From positions 1,364,001 through 1,428,000 of the forward strand of contig CM059433.1 in assembly GCA_030390025.1 (NCBI GenBank): DNA of 64,000 bases, given 5' to 3'. The position numbers were made by a program, and so were the translations under genes. The notes below the pieces were generated by a model. That model was given only the letters and a program-made list of their open reading frames with translations, ran no database searches and had not been told where the DNA came from. Source of the DNA: Squalus acanthias (taxonomy: Eukaryota). This document shows, piece after piece, positions 12,359 to 24,552 of the stretch (positions are counted from its first letter, which is position 1; each line of letters begins with the position of its first letter).

Positions 12359-13118
12359 GGGCCTGAATTTGTGTTCGGGGGCTTCCCGCGGGCGAATGCC
12401 TCCGAACCGCAAGTAAACTACAAACCTAGCCATGCCTCCGGGGGTTCGAAGACTCGCGCTCCTGGGCCTGCAGACGTACAACTGCGTAAAGTCCCACATA
12501 TCCCAGGGATGCATGCGGTTCGCAAGCGTCCCTGGGATCAAGGGAGCCGGCCCAACCAATGAGAAAGGAGATGCCTATTATGACGGGGATTCCATTTACG
12601 GACAGAAGCCCCATAAGCATGAATAGGAATCACCCAAAAAAACACAAACTTCGCACTACTTAAATAAAAATAAATCATTACATGGTCAAAATTAATTAAA
12701 ATACAATGTAATTAAACATTTAAAACAAAAAATTAATTTTTTGAAAAATAAATGTTAACATTTTTAAAGGGTCCAAAAATAACCTAAACTAATTTTAAAG
12801 GTTTTTTTTAAATTGAAATGATTTAAAACATGTTATTTTAATATTTCTTTAAACCCTTATGCTTGTAAAAGAAGGCCCTAGGCCTGCTTTTACCGGGTGT
12901 AAGGGTTTCGTGGGCATTCGCTGGGCAGTGGTTGGGCAAATAGCCGACTCTCCGCCAGTGAGCGTCCGTTTCCCGGGGATGCGGATGATCTGTTGAGCTG
13001 AAATTTGATAGATCGCAAGTTCCGGATTTTCATGCATGCGCAGTGCACACAGAGACCCGGAACTTGCGGGGCACTTACGATGGTGCGTACACGTCATAGG
13101 GCCCGTAAAATCCTGGCC
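12359..13118. mobile_element. Harbinger-type MITE (760 bp)
   Basis: Termini GGGCCTGAATTT and GGCCAGGATTTT (reverse complement). TSD ATT at 12356-12358 and 13119-13121. Confidence 0.85.
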
Positions 13119-13482
13119 ATTATCAGCTTGAAACAAAATATCTTTGCTACATTAGGAATTCAATGATTTTCACTAAAAGAATAATGCAAAATTAATAAAT
13201 CAAAAACAAAATCACGAATGTTTGTAACATTGCTAACATTCTTCAGCATCTCTGTAATATTGCACATTTTATTTTTTGATTTATCAACCCAGTCAGTTTT
13301 GATGCCAGAAGATTGTATCTGTTTTTTAAATGCTATACACTGATCCACACATTAATAGGGGTTCCAAAACTGCTCTTTCCAGCCTTACTCTCCTTACTCT
13401 TTCTTTTCTTTTCTGAAAATGACTCATGCTGTGATATGATTTTACTCCACCCCCAGGTTGTCCTGGTTCACACCTGCCCTTA

Positions 13483-14128
13483 GTAAAGAGGTAGGTTTTA
13501 AGGAGTGTCTTAAAGGAGGAAAGCGAGGTAGCGAGGGGGAGAGGTTTAGTCAGGGAATTCCAGAGCTTAGGGCCCAGGCAACAGAAGGCACGGCCGCCAA
13601 TGGTTGAGCGATTATAATCAGGGATACTCAAGAGGCCAGAATTAGAGGAGCACAGATTTCTCGGGGGGTGTTGTGGGGCTGGAGGAGATTACAGAGATAG
13701 GGAGGGGCGAAGCCATGGAGGGATTTGAAAACAAGGATGAGAATTTTGAAATTGAGGCGCTGCTTAACCGGGAGTCAATGTAGGTCAGCGAGCACAGGGG
13801 AGATGGGTGAACGGGACTTGGTGCGAGTTAGGACACGGGCAAGCAAGTTTTGGATGACCTCAAGTTTATGTAGGGTGGAATGTGGGAGGCCAGCCAGGAG
13901 TGCGTTGGAATAGTCAAGTCTAGAGGTAATAAAGGCATGGATGAGGGTTTCAGCAGCGGATGAGCTGAGGCAAGGGCGGAGACGGGCGATGTTACGGAGG
14001 TGGAAGCAGGCGGTCTTTGTTATGCTGCGGATGTGTGGTTGGAAGCTCATTTCAGGGGCAAATATGACACCAAGGTTGCGAACAGTGTGGTTCAGCCTCA
14101 GACAGATGTTAGGGAGAGGGATGGAGAC
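13483..14128 (-). mobile_element. L2 LINE 3' fragment
   Basis: RNLGVIF...HAFITSRLDYSNALL and GGRAFCCLGPKLWNSL. Confidence 0.92.
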
Positions 14129-14168
14129 ATACACACACATACAAATGGTTATTGCTTTTGTTAAAATA

Positions 14169-14360
14169 TGAGAAGTCGCATAACACCAGGTTATAGTCCA
14201 ACAGCTTTATTTGAAATCACAAGCTTTCGGAGCACTTCACCTGATGAAGGAGCAGCGCTCCGAAAGCTTGTGATTTCAAATAAAGCTGTTGGACTATAAC
14301 CTGGTGTTGTGCGACTTCTCACATTTGTCCACCCCAGTCCAACACCGGCATCTCCACATC
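14169..14360 (+). mobile_element. Penelope-like hairpin element, family B, with 12-bp TSD
   Basis: 65-bp inverted arms at 14169-14233 and 14257-14321 (1 mismatch). TSD TTTGTTAAAATA at 14157-14168 and 14361-14372. Confidence 0.88.
14237..14273 (+). ncRNA. Minimal type I hammerhead ribozyme motif
   Basis: UCAC-CUGAUGA-A-GGAGC(agc)GCUCC-GAAA-GC-UU-GUGA. Confidence 0.78.
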
Positions 14361-14592
14361 TTTGTTAAAATAGCAGACAGATGAATATCATCCAAACACG
14401 TTAATGCATTTGTTATTAATATTGTACATTGAGATTTCAACCTATAAGTATTAAGAGCTCAGGAATATTTCTAACATTTGATACAAATGGTAATAAGTGT
14501 GTACAGAGGGTTTCAAAATCATTCTTGCAAACTGTGCTTATTTATATATTTCTTCTCCCCTTCCCTAGATTTTCTCCTCTCACAGAAGTATA

Positions 14593-14696
14593 GGGGTGAA
14601 ATTGGTTTTCTTGAAGTCAATAGAAAAGAAAATCGGGCTCCAGTACAAAATCGGCTGATTCATTTTGTTCTTTCACCCAAGACCAAGTTCACCCCC
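14593..14696. mobile_element. Tiny Harbinger-type MITE (104 bp)
   Basis: TIRs GGGGTGAAATTGGT and GGGGGTGAACTTGGT (reverse complement). TSD ATA at 14590-14592 and 14697-14699. Confidence 0.75.
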
Positions 14697-14936
14697 ATAG
14701 ACACCAGCTGATGTAGAGTCACCAACAAGATCTGATGTCTTGCCCAAGTGGCCATCCTTCTGGGATAAGCTCCAGGCAATGTGGGTAGACTATTTAACTG
14801 GAGAAAACACCAGCAGCAGCTGAACCCGGTGAATTTTGATGTATTTATTTACCAAGGGGGCCATTGGGGGCACAGTAAAGTTTTTTCTAGAGGGAACCCA
14901 GCAGTCGCTGAAACGGTCTGGAACACCATACTTCCA

Positions 14937-17900
14937 GGGAGTGAGAAATTGGACCTCGTTGTGCCCATTTTACAGCTTTAACTGAGACCCAATTTCGGGG
15001 ATTAACGTCCTGCGCCTCGAAGACGCCTGAAAAACGTCCGAGCGGAAATTGGGTCGGGCTGTTTTCAGGCGTCCCTGGCAGCTGCCAAAAACCGCTGTTA
15101 GGTTCCTTAAATATGTGATTGGGGGGCCGAACACTTGTTTTAGGTCCTCTCACAGAAATTGGACAGTGATGAGTGGGTCTTTTCTGTGGAGCCAGAAGGT
15201 GCAGGAGTGCTCCCCAGATTCCATAGTCATCACAATCGCCCCGGCTCACCCATTGCCAGCTCTGACTGCACCCCCAACCCCTCCCAGGACTTGCCTTCAG
15301 GCCACTGCCAGTAAGGTAAGTGGCCCGACATTCGTGCTGTTCAAATGTGGGAACTGCCTGTGGCAGCTCGTGCGTAACCCTCTCGATTGGAGCGTGTGCT
15401 TTTCTTTTATTCGTTCATGGGATGTGGGCGTCGCTGGCAAGGCCAGCATTTATAGTCCAGGGAGTTCCAGGATTTTGATCCAGCGACGATGAAGGATCGG
15501 CGATATACTTCCAAGTCAGGATGGTGTGTGACTTGGAGGGGAACTTGGAGGTGGTGGTGTTCCCATGTGCCTGCTGCCCTTGTCCTTCTAGGTGGAAGAG
15601 GTCGTGGGTTTGGGAGGTGTTGCCGAAGAAGCCTTGGCGAGTTGCTGCAGTGCATCTTGTAGATGGTACACACTGCAGCCACGGTGCGCCGGTGGTGGAG
15701 GGAGTAAATGTTTAAGGTGGTGGATGGGGTGCCAATCAAGCGAGCTGCTTTGTCCTGGATGGTGTCGAGCTTCTTGAGTGTTGTTGGAGCTGCACTCATT
15801 CAGGCAAGTGGAGAGTATTCCATCACACTTCTGACTTGTGCCTTGTAGATGGTGGAAAGGCTTTGAGGAGTCAGGAGGTGAGACACTCGCCGCAGAATAC
15901 CTAGCTTCTGACCTGCTCTTGTAGCCACAGTATTTATGTGGCTGGTCCAGTTACGTTTCTGGTCAATGGTGACCCCCAGGATGTTGATGGTGGGGGATTC
16001 AGCGATGGTAATGCTGTTGAATGTCAAGGGGCGGTGGTTAGACTCTCGCTTGTTGGAGCTAGTCATTGCCTGGCACTTGTGTGGCCCGAATGTTACCTGC
16101 CACTTATCAGCCCAAGCCTGAACGTTGTCCAGGTCTTGCTGCATGCGGGCACGGACTGCTTCATTATCTGAGGAGTTGCGAATGGCACTCAACACTGTGC
16201 AGTCATCAGCAAACATCCCCATTTCTGACCTTATGATGGAGGGAAGTTCATTGATGAAGCAGCTGAAGATGGCTGGGCCTAGGACACTGCCCTGAAGAAC
16301 TCCTGCAGCGATGTCCTGGGGCTGTGATGATCGATCTCCAACAACCACAACCATCTTCCTTTGTGCTAGGTATGACTCCAGCCAGTGCAGAGTTTTCCCC
16401 CCGATTCCCATTGACTTCAGTTTTACTAGGGCTCCTTGATGCCACACTCAGTCAAATGCTGCCTTGATGTCAAGGGCAGTCACTCTCCCCTCACCTCTGG
16501 AATTCAGCTCCTTTGACCATGTTTGGATCAAGGCTGTAATGAGGTCTGGAGCCGAGTGGTCCTGGCAGAACCCAAACTGGGCATCAGTGAGCAGGTTATT
16601 GGTGAGTAAGTGCTGCTTGATAGCACTGTCGATGACACCTTCCATCACTTTGCTGATGATTGAGAGTAGACTGATTGGGCGGTAATTGGCCTGATTGGAT
16701 TTGTCCTGATTTTTGTGGACAGGACATACCTGGGCAGTTTTCCACATTGTCGGATAGATGCCAGTGTTGTAGTTGTACTGGAACAGCTTGGCTAGAGGCG
16801 CGGCTAGTTCTGGAGCACAAGTCTTCGGCACGACAGCCGGGATGTTGTTGGGGCCCATAGCCTTTGTTGTATCTAGTGCACTCAGCTGTTTCTTGATATC
16901 ATGTGGAGTGAATCGAATTGGCTGAAGACTGGCTTCTGTGGTGGTGGGGACCTCAGGATAAGGCCAAAACGGATCATCCACTCAGCACTTCTAGCTGAAG
17001 ATGGTTGCAAACGCTTCAGCCTTGTCTTTTGCACTCATGTGCTGGGCTCCACCATCATTGAGGATGGGGATATTCATGGAGCCTCCTCCTCCCATTAGTT
17101 GTTTAATGGTCCACCACCATTCACGACTGGATGTGGCAGGACTGCAGAGCTTTGATCTGATCCGTTGATTGCTTAGCTCTGTCTATAGCATGCTGCTTCT
17201 GCTTTTTAGCCTGCATGTAGTCCTGTGTTGCAGCTTCCCCAGGTTGGCACCTCATTTTTAGGTATGCCTGGTGCTGCTCCTGGCATGCTCTTCTACACTC
17301 CTTATTGAAGCAAGGTTGGTCCCCTGGCTTGATGGTAATGGTAGAATGAGGGATACACCAGGCCATGACGTTACAGATTGTGGTGGAATACAATTCTGCT
17401 GCTGCTGATGGCCCACAGCGCCTCATGGATGCCCAATTTTGAGCTGCTAGATCTATCCCCTTTAGCACGGTGGTAGTGCCACACAACACAATGGAGGGTG
17501 TCCTCAGTGTGAAGACGGGATCATCTCCACAATGACTTGCGGTGGTCACTGCTACCAATACTGTCATGGACAGATGCATCAGCGACAGGTAGATTGGTGA
17601 GGACGAGTTCAAGTAGGCTTTTCCCTCGTGTTGGTTCTCTCTCCACCTGCCGCAGTCCTAGTCTGGCAGTTATGTCCTTCAGGACTTGGCCAGTAGTGGT
17701 GCTACCGAGCCACTCTTGGTGATGGACATTGAAGTCCCCACCCAGCGTACGTTCTGTGCCCTTGCTACTCTCAGTGCTTCTTCCAAGTGGTGTTCAACAT
17801 GGAGGAGTACTGATTCATCAGCTGAGGGAAGGCGGATAGGTAGTAATCAGCAGGAGGTTTCCTTGCCCATGCTTGACCTGAAGCCATGAGACTTCATGGG

Positions 17901-18602
17901 GTCCAGAGTCAATGTTGAGGACTCCCAGGGTCACTCCTTCCCGACTATACCACCTCCCCTGGTGGGTCTGTCCTGCCGGTGGGACAGGACATACCCAGGG
18001 ATGGTGATGGAGGAGTTTGAGACATTGGCTGAAAGGTATGATTCGGTGAGTATGACTATGTCAGGCTGCTGTTTGACTAGTCTGTGGGACAGCTCACCCA
18101 GATGTTGGTGAGGAGGACTTTGCAGGGTTGACTGTGCCGTTGCCATGTCCGTAGCCGGTGCCGAGGTCAATGCCGGGTGGTCTGTCGGTTTTATTCTTAT
18201 TGTTTTTCATAGAGGTTAGTTACAACTGAGTGTCTTGCTAGGCCATTTTAGAGGGCAGTTAAGAGTCAACCACATCGCTGTGGGTCTGGAGTCACATATA
18301 GGCCAGACCGGGTAAGGACGGCAGATTTCCTTCTCTAAAGGGCATTAGTGAACCAGATGGGTTTTTACGACAATCCGGTAGTTTCATGGTTACCATTACT
18401 GATACTAGTTTTTTATTCCAGATTTATTTAATTAACTGAATTTAAATTCCCCAGCTGTCGTGATGGGATTTGATCTCACGTCTACTGGATCAGTAATCCA
18501 GGCCTCTGGATTACCAGCCCAGTAACATAACCACTATGCTATCGTTCCCATAGCAATGCTGAGTCTGGGCCCCAAAAACAGGCACCGACAAATTTTCACC
18601 CC
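14937..18602. mobile_element. Harbinger-type MITE split by a LINE insertion
   Basis: Left end ggagtgagaaattgg, right end caaattttcacccc. GC-rich arms flank the LINE. Confidence 0.5.
15400..18545 (-). mobile_element. CR1/L2-group LINE of a distinct family, near full length, with tRNA-like 5' head
   Basis: Endonuclease LVKQQPDIVILTES and RT motifs KAMGP, NYRPISLLS, ALDIKAAFD, QGSVLGP, MFADD. 3' tail gccagcgacgcccacatcccatgaa. A-box TAGCATAGTGG at 18541-18531. Confidence 0.9.
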
Positions 18603-19459
18603 ATATCTGCGGGGCAAGGCGGGTGCCCAAGATGTGCCACGAGTGACTTAGGTACCCGCTGGGTCCTTTCAAATGAAGTGACCTCCGACCAATCCCACAA
18701 ACCCCGGCAGGGTCAATGCCAGAGGTCATCAACAGGTGCACAACTTTTGGGATAGCTGCCTGGTGCATTTTCTGAGCCCTTGTTGGTTATATTTGTTTCG
18801 GTGCTTTTGCATTTTACAAGTGCCGTAGCTCACTGTCAGCTGGACTAGAAAATAGAAAAGTGACACCTGATTCCCGCAGCAGCTCTTTCTCGTGGTTCTT
18901 GAGAACCGCTGCCAGATTCCCCGGCTCCACTTGTGCCGGCATCTGACGGGAATGGTGTGAGGTAGAGATGTAAACTGAGGATACAGCAGCACAGCGAGGT
19001 TAGTGTGCACCACTCTCTGAAAAGCAGAACTGCAATGTAAAAGTGCCTTTTTATTACTCCTGTGATTCTCAGCTATTAAGTTTGCAGAGCCTTTCAGGTG
19101 ACTGCTTGCAATGAACGGGATGAAAGAAAAACGTCATGACAGTGTTTCAACTGGGGTGATTTAATCAAAATGTCAGAATTTTTCATCCATCTAGTCTGTT
19201 TACATTTGGGTTTATTGATGATTCTGATAGTTTTCATCTTTCTCTGGTGTTAGTCTGGGTAATATTATTGAAGAATGCAAATAAAATTTGCATATGTACA
19301 TCCAAAAATATTTCAAGAGCAGAAACATATTTTGTTCCCTATTTTTCTTTCCAATTTTCTCCCTCCTCTCCTCTACTGAGCCGGAGCTAATGTTCGAAGA
19401 GTGACAACCTGCCTCCAGTACTTCACCCAAGTGGCCACTATTCAAATCCCTTACCAATA

Positions 19460-21175
19460 AAAAAGAAAGACTTGCATTTCTATAGCGCCTTTCACAACCT
19501 CAGGACGTCCCAAAGCGCTTTACAGCCAATGAAGTACTTTTGAAGTGTAGTCACTGTTGCAATGTGGGAAACGCGGCAGCCAATTTGCGCACAGCAAGCT
19601 CCCACAAACAGCAATGTGATAATGACCAGATAATCTGTTTTGTTAGGTTGGTTGAGGGATAAATATTGGCCCCAGAACACTGGGGAGAACTCCCCTGCTC
19701 TTCTTCAAAATAGTACCATGCAATCTTTTACGTCCACCTGAGAGAGCAGACAGGGCCTCGGTTTAACGTCTCTTCCGAAATACTGCACCTCTAACAGTGC
19801 GGCGCTCCCTCAGTACTGCCCCTCCGACAGTGCAGCACTCCTTCAGCACCGCCCCTTCGACAGTGCAGCACTCCCTCAGCACCGCCCCTTCGACAGTGCA
19901 GCACTCCCTCAGCACTGCCCCTCCGACAGTGCAGCACTCCCTCAGTACTGCCCCTCCGACAGTGCAGCACTCCTTCAGCACCACCCCTTCGACAGTGCAG
20001 CACTCCCTCAGCACCGCCCCTTCGACAGTGCAGCACTCCCTCAGCACTGCCCCTCCGACAGTGCAGCGCTCCCTCAGTACTGCCCCTCCGACAGTGTAGC
20101 ACTCCCTCAGCACCGCCCCTTCGACAGTGCAGCACTCCCTCAGCACCGCCCCTTCGACAGTGCAGCACTCCCTCAGCACCGCCCCTTCGACAGTGCAGCA
20201 CTCCCTCAGCACTGCCCCTCCGACAGTGCGGCACTCCCTCAGTACTGCCCCTCCGACAGTGTAGCACTCCCTCAGCACCGCCCCTTCGACAGTGCAGCAT
20301 TCCCTCAGCACCGCCCCTTCGACAGTGCAGCACTCCCTCAGCACCGCCCCTTCGACAGTGCAGCATTCCCTCAACACCGCCCCTTCGACAGTGCAGCATT
20401 CCCTCAGCACTGCCCCTCCGACAGTGCAGCATTCCCTCAGCACCGCCCCTCCGACAGTGCAGTGCTCCCTCAGTACTGCCCCTTCGACAGTGCAGCATTC
20501 CCTCAGCACCACCCCTTCGACAGCGCAGCATTCCCTCAGCACCGCCCCTCCGACAGTGCAGCATTCCCTCAGCACCGCCCCTCCGACAGTGCAGTGCTCC
20601 CTCAGTACTGCCCCTCCGACAGTGCAGCATTCCCTCAGCACCGCCCCTCCGACAGTGCAGCATTCCCTCAGCACCGCCCCTCCGACAGTGCAACGCTCCC
20701 TCAGTACTGCCCCTCCGACAGTGCAGCACTCCCTCAGCACTGCCCCTCTGACAGTGCAGCACTCCCTCAGCACTGCCCCTCTGACAGTGCGGCACTCCCT
20801 CAGTATTGCCCCTTCGACAGTGCAGTGCTCCCTCAGCACCGCCCCTCTGACAGTGCAGCACTCCCTCAGTATTGCCCCTCCGACAGTGCGGCGCTCCCTC
20901 AGTACTGCCCCTCTGACAGTGCAGCGCTCCCTCAGTATTGCCCCTTCGACAGTGCGGCGCTCCCTCAGCACCGCCCCTTCAACAGTGCAGTGCTCCCTCA
21001 GCACCGCCCCTTCGACAGTGCAGTGCTCCCTCAGTACTGTCCCTCCGACAGTGCAGCGCTCCCTCAGTATTGCCCCTCTGACAGTGCGGCGCTCCCTCAG
21101 TACTGCATTGGAGTGTCAGCCTAGATTAATTGCTCAAGGCTCTGAAGTGGGGCTTGAACCCACAACCTTTTGACT
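19460..21175 (-). mobile_element. DeuSINE (SacSINE1-like) carrying an internal minisatellite
   Basis: tRNA-like head with B-box GGTTCAAGCCC, Deu core (gagacgttaaaccgagg...aggtggacgtaaaaga), and L2-like tail aaggcgctatagaaatgcaag. Confidence 0.88.
19788..21107. repeat. 33-bp minisatellite, about 40 copies
   Basis: Unit approximately cctccgacagtgcagcactccctcagcactgcc. Confidence 0.97.
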
Positions 21176-22595
21176 TAATAAATCCTAACTACTTCAGAAA
21201 TAGTCTCTGAATTTGGCACTAAGCTGGCGATTAAATCCCCCTTTTCTATCTTATTGGGGAATTGCACATATGTGAAAAAGTTTACTGAAAAGTAACTCAG
21301 CACCTTTCCTCAGCAAACTATCAAAATAATGCCGTAAGATAAATGGAGATATTGAGCCACCTTGCTGTAAGAAGCAGAATGAGGTGTCTGATCATGATCA
21401 ACAAATAGAGTCATCTGATGATGATTAAAAGATAAAGGTATCTGTCACTAAGGCTCCCACAATGATTTTTATATAGTAGGCACAGCCTGCCATTAATAGA
21501 GCCTCTTTCACAGCCAAAGCTCCTCTTAGCTCAGTTAGATTTTACCCTTTGTAAGTAATGCATATTCATAAATAAGTACAGATAAACGGCCTTTCCTTTT
21601 CAATTCTGGCTGAAATGCTGGACCATATACTCAGAAATAAGCCTATTCTTGTCCGCACAATGGCCATTGGGATAGGAGAAACAATTCCCAATTGAATTGC
21701 AATGAGCTACGACTACCTCTGCCACAGTGACTGTTAGTTGTTAAAGAAAGTCTGTAAACAGGGCCACCTTCAAAGAATAAAGAACAGAAGCATCTAACAA
21801 GCTCAGGCTAGTGTTTGCCAAATTGTTTCTGGAAGTTTCATGCCTTGTTGTGCGATCAAATATTCCTCTTGGAATCGGAAAGGTTAATGAGCAGCGCCAT
21901 AAACCGATAGTCCTTGCCAACAGTAACATCATTTTGTGAAGGTTGTGGAAGGGGGCAGATACCACTTATTAAACAGCAGGAGGGAAACGTGTCAAATCTC
22001 CTTTCAGCCTGTTTCTTTGATCTGGTCTCAGAACTCTGCTTTCATTGTTACCTGAGAGGCTCAAATGTCAATCTCTAACCCCATTTACAAATCAGAGTAG
22101 AAACCATCAACATTCAAATTCAGGCAGATGAAAATTATACTGCGGCATCTGAAACCACTTTACACACATGTTTTTTTTTTGACTGAACTACTGTGCTGTA
22201 CTTTGTCTGAAGTGAGCTGTGATGCTGATATCTCAGTTGTACTGAGACACATCTTATCCAAGCATATTATGTGACATTGCAGAGGGCAGCTTTGTGAAGC
22301 TGCTCATATAATACTGCACGCACTGAACAAGGCAGCTCCACACAAAGCGGTTTCGCTTTTCTTTGTCCCAACATACACCTGCACGGACAAATTTATTTAT
22401 TCAACTTAAAATCGCTTGACGGACAAAGGAACTCACACTTGTGTTTTAAAGTATGGGGGAAGAGGCAGCAGCCAATCAGTGGCCGTGTAAACCTTCCCCT
22501 GAGATTCACACCGGTACATATTTGAAACTTGCGTGTCACAGGTTGGGCTGCGGTTAATCTCGGGGATGATTTGAGCTTAAGTGTTCAGTATAACT

Positions 22596-23460
22596 AAAAT
22601 AAAAACAGAAAATGCTGGAAATACTCAGCAGGTCAGGCAGCATCTGTGGAGAGAGAAACAGAGTTAACATTTCAGGTCAATGATTCTGCTATTGCCATTT
22701 ACACCTCCTCTACACCCATATTTTGTTTCTTTACTTGTCCCATTATCATTCCCTTTTGCCTTGCACCATCATCCCTTTTGTCATTTAATCACTCTTGCCT
22801 TCCACCCTATCACAGACTTTCCCTTTTGTTCTTTAAGTGTCAGCTGTGGCTCAGTGGGTCGCACACTCGCTTCTGAGTCAGAAGGTTGTTGGGCTCAAGT
22901 CCCACTCCAGCAACTTTGAGCACATAAAGCTAGGCTGACACTCGACTCCAGGGGAGTGCTACACTGTCAGCGGTGCCATCTTTCAGATGAGACCTTAAAC
23001 CGGGGTCCCGTCTGCTCTCTCAGGTGGACGTAAAAGATCCCATGGCATTATTCGAAGAAGAGCAGGGGAGTTATCCCGGTGTCCTGGCCAATATTTATCC
23101 CTCAACCAACATAACAAAAACAGATGATCTGATCATTATCACATTGTTGTTTGTGGGAGCTTGCTGTGCGCAAATTGGCTGCTGCGTTTCCCACAGTACA
23201 ACAGTGACTCCACTTCAAAAGTACTTCATTGGCTGTAAAGTGCTTTGAGACGTCCGGTGGTTGTGAAAGGCGCTATAGAAATGCAAGTCTTTCTTTTCCT
23301 CCCCTCCCCCCTTTCCCTGACTGTCTCTTAAAACCTGTTCCATCTCTAACGTTTTCCAGTTCTGACGAAGGGTCATCAGCCTGAAACGTTAACTCTGTTT
23401 CTCTTTCCACAGATGCTGCCTGACCTGCTGAGTATTTCTAGCATTTTCTGTTTTTATTTC
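22596..23460. mobile_element. Penelope-like family A element with inverted ends, containing a DeuSINE
   Basis: Arm 22596-22685 is the reverse complement of 23375-23460. Hammerhead-like motif at 23358-23394 with a mutated stem II. Confidence 0.75.
22843..23295 (+). mobile_element. Full-length DeuSINE (SacSINE1-like)
   Basis: A-box tggctcagtgg, B-box-like gctcaagtccc, Deu core and tail. Confidence 0.92.
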
Positions 23461-23479
23461 ATTTTACGTTGTTGTCGGT

Positions 23480-23595
23480 CATTTTCCTACATTAAAACAG
23501 TGACCACCCTTCAAATGTGCTTAATTGGCTGTAAAGCGGTTTGTGATGTCCTGTGGTCATGAACGGCGCTGTAGAAAATGCAAGTCTTTCTTTAT
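23480..23595 (+). mobile_element. DeuSINE 3' fragment
   Basis: attggctgtaaagcg...aaatgcaagtctttc. Confidence 0.75.
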
Positions 23596-24184
23596 TTCAC
23601 TTTAATATTTCTATTCCCAAAATGTGGATCGCTGTTATGCTGAAAAAACATGTTTGTTGTCATCATAATGCCATTCGTATAATGACATTGGAAAGTAATT
23701 TGGCTGCAAATTGGCCAGACCCCATCATTTGTCTTGGTGCGAAACCTAACCTTTAAGTCCAAGCCCTTGTCTGACCAAAATTCTAACACTGCTCCCACAT
23801 CTGGGAAAACTCTTTTAACACCTCTTGCAAATTCCTGTACAGGACACAAGGAAAATCATAGCAACTTGAAAAGTAATCACCCTCTTATTACTAGCCTCCA
23901 TCCTCTCTCACTCTGTCATAACCTTCCTTATCTTTCTTTATTTTATCAATACCACTATAGTCAATGGACCTCTGAACTTTCCTCTCTTGTTTCTTCTAAT
24001 CAGTAAATATGCCATCCTATTTACTTTTCCTCTATCTTGCATCCACACTATGTTAAAAACAACACCCATCTAAATCATTCTTCTCCGTGACCTTAAAATT
24101 GTGGATCTCCTTACCTCGCTGAGTCTTCCTTTCCTCTTTCAATCCTCATAAGAACATAAGGATTAGGAGCAGGAGTCGGCCATA

Positions 24185-24495
24185 CGGCCCCTCGAGCCTG
24201 CTCCGCCATGCGGCCCCTCGAGCCTGCTCCGCCATGCGGCCCCTCGAGCCTGCTCCGCCACGCGGCCCCTCGAGCCTGCTCCGCCACACGGCCCCTCGAG
24301 CCTGCTCCGCCACACGGCCCCTCGAGCCTGCTCCGCCATACGGCCCCTCGAGCCTGCTCCACCGTACGGCCCCTCGAGCCTGCTCCGCCACGCGGCCCCT
24401 CGAGCCTGCTCCGCCACACGGCCCCTCGAGCCTGCTCCGCCACACGGCCCCTCGAGCCTACTCCACCACACGGCCCCTCGAGCCTGCTCCGCCAT
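24185..24495. repeat. 26-bp tandem repeat, about 12 copies, inside a CR1 3' tail (24145-24552, minus strand)
   Basis: Unit cggcccctcgagcctgctccgccaYR. Confidence 0.95.
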
Positions 24496-24552
24496 TCAAT
24501 AATATCATGGCTGATCTTCGACCTCAACTCTACTTTCCCGCTCTATCCCCAT

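Noticed and set aside
18880..18960. Possible small RNA hairpin
   Set aside because: Pairing is short and imperfect, with no family motif I can recognise
19763..21173. Long ORFs (413, 356, 293 aa) and a CRISPR-like periodicity
   Set aside because: Head-to-tail 33-bp units with no unique spacers and no cas genes. The ORFs arise because the unit is stop-free and divisible by 3.
22843..22910. tRNA gene
   Set aside because: The A and B boxes belong to a SINE head continuous with the Deu core and tail. There is no full cloverleaf or terminator.
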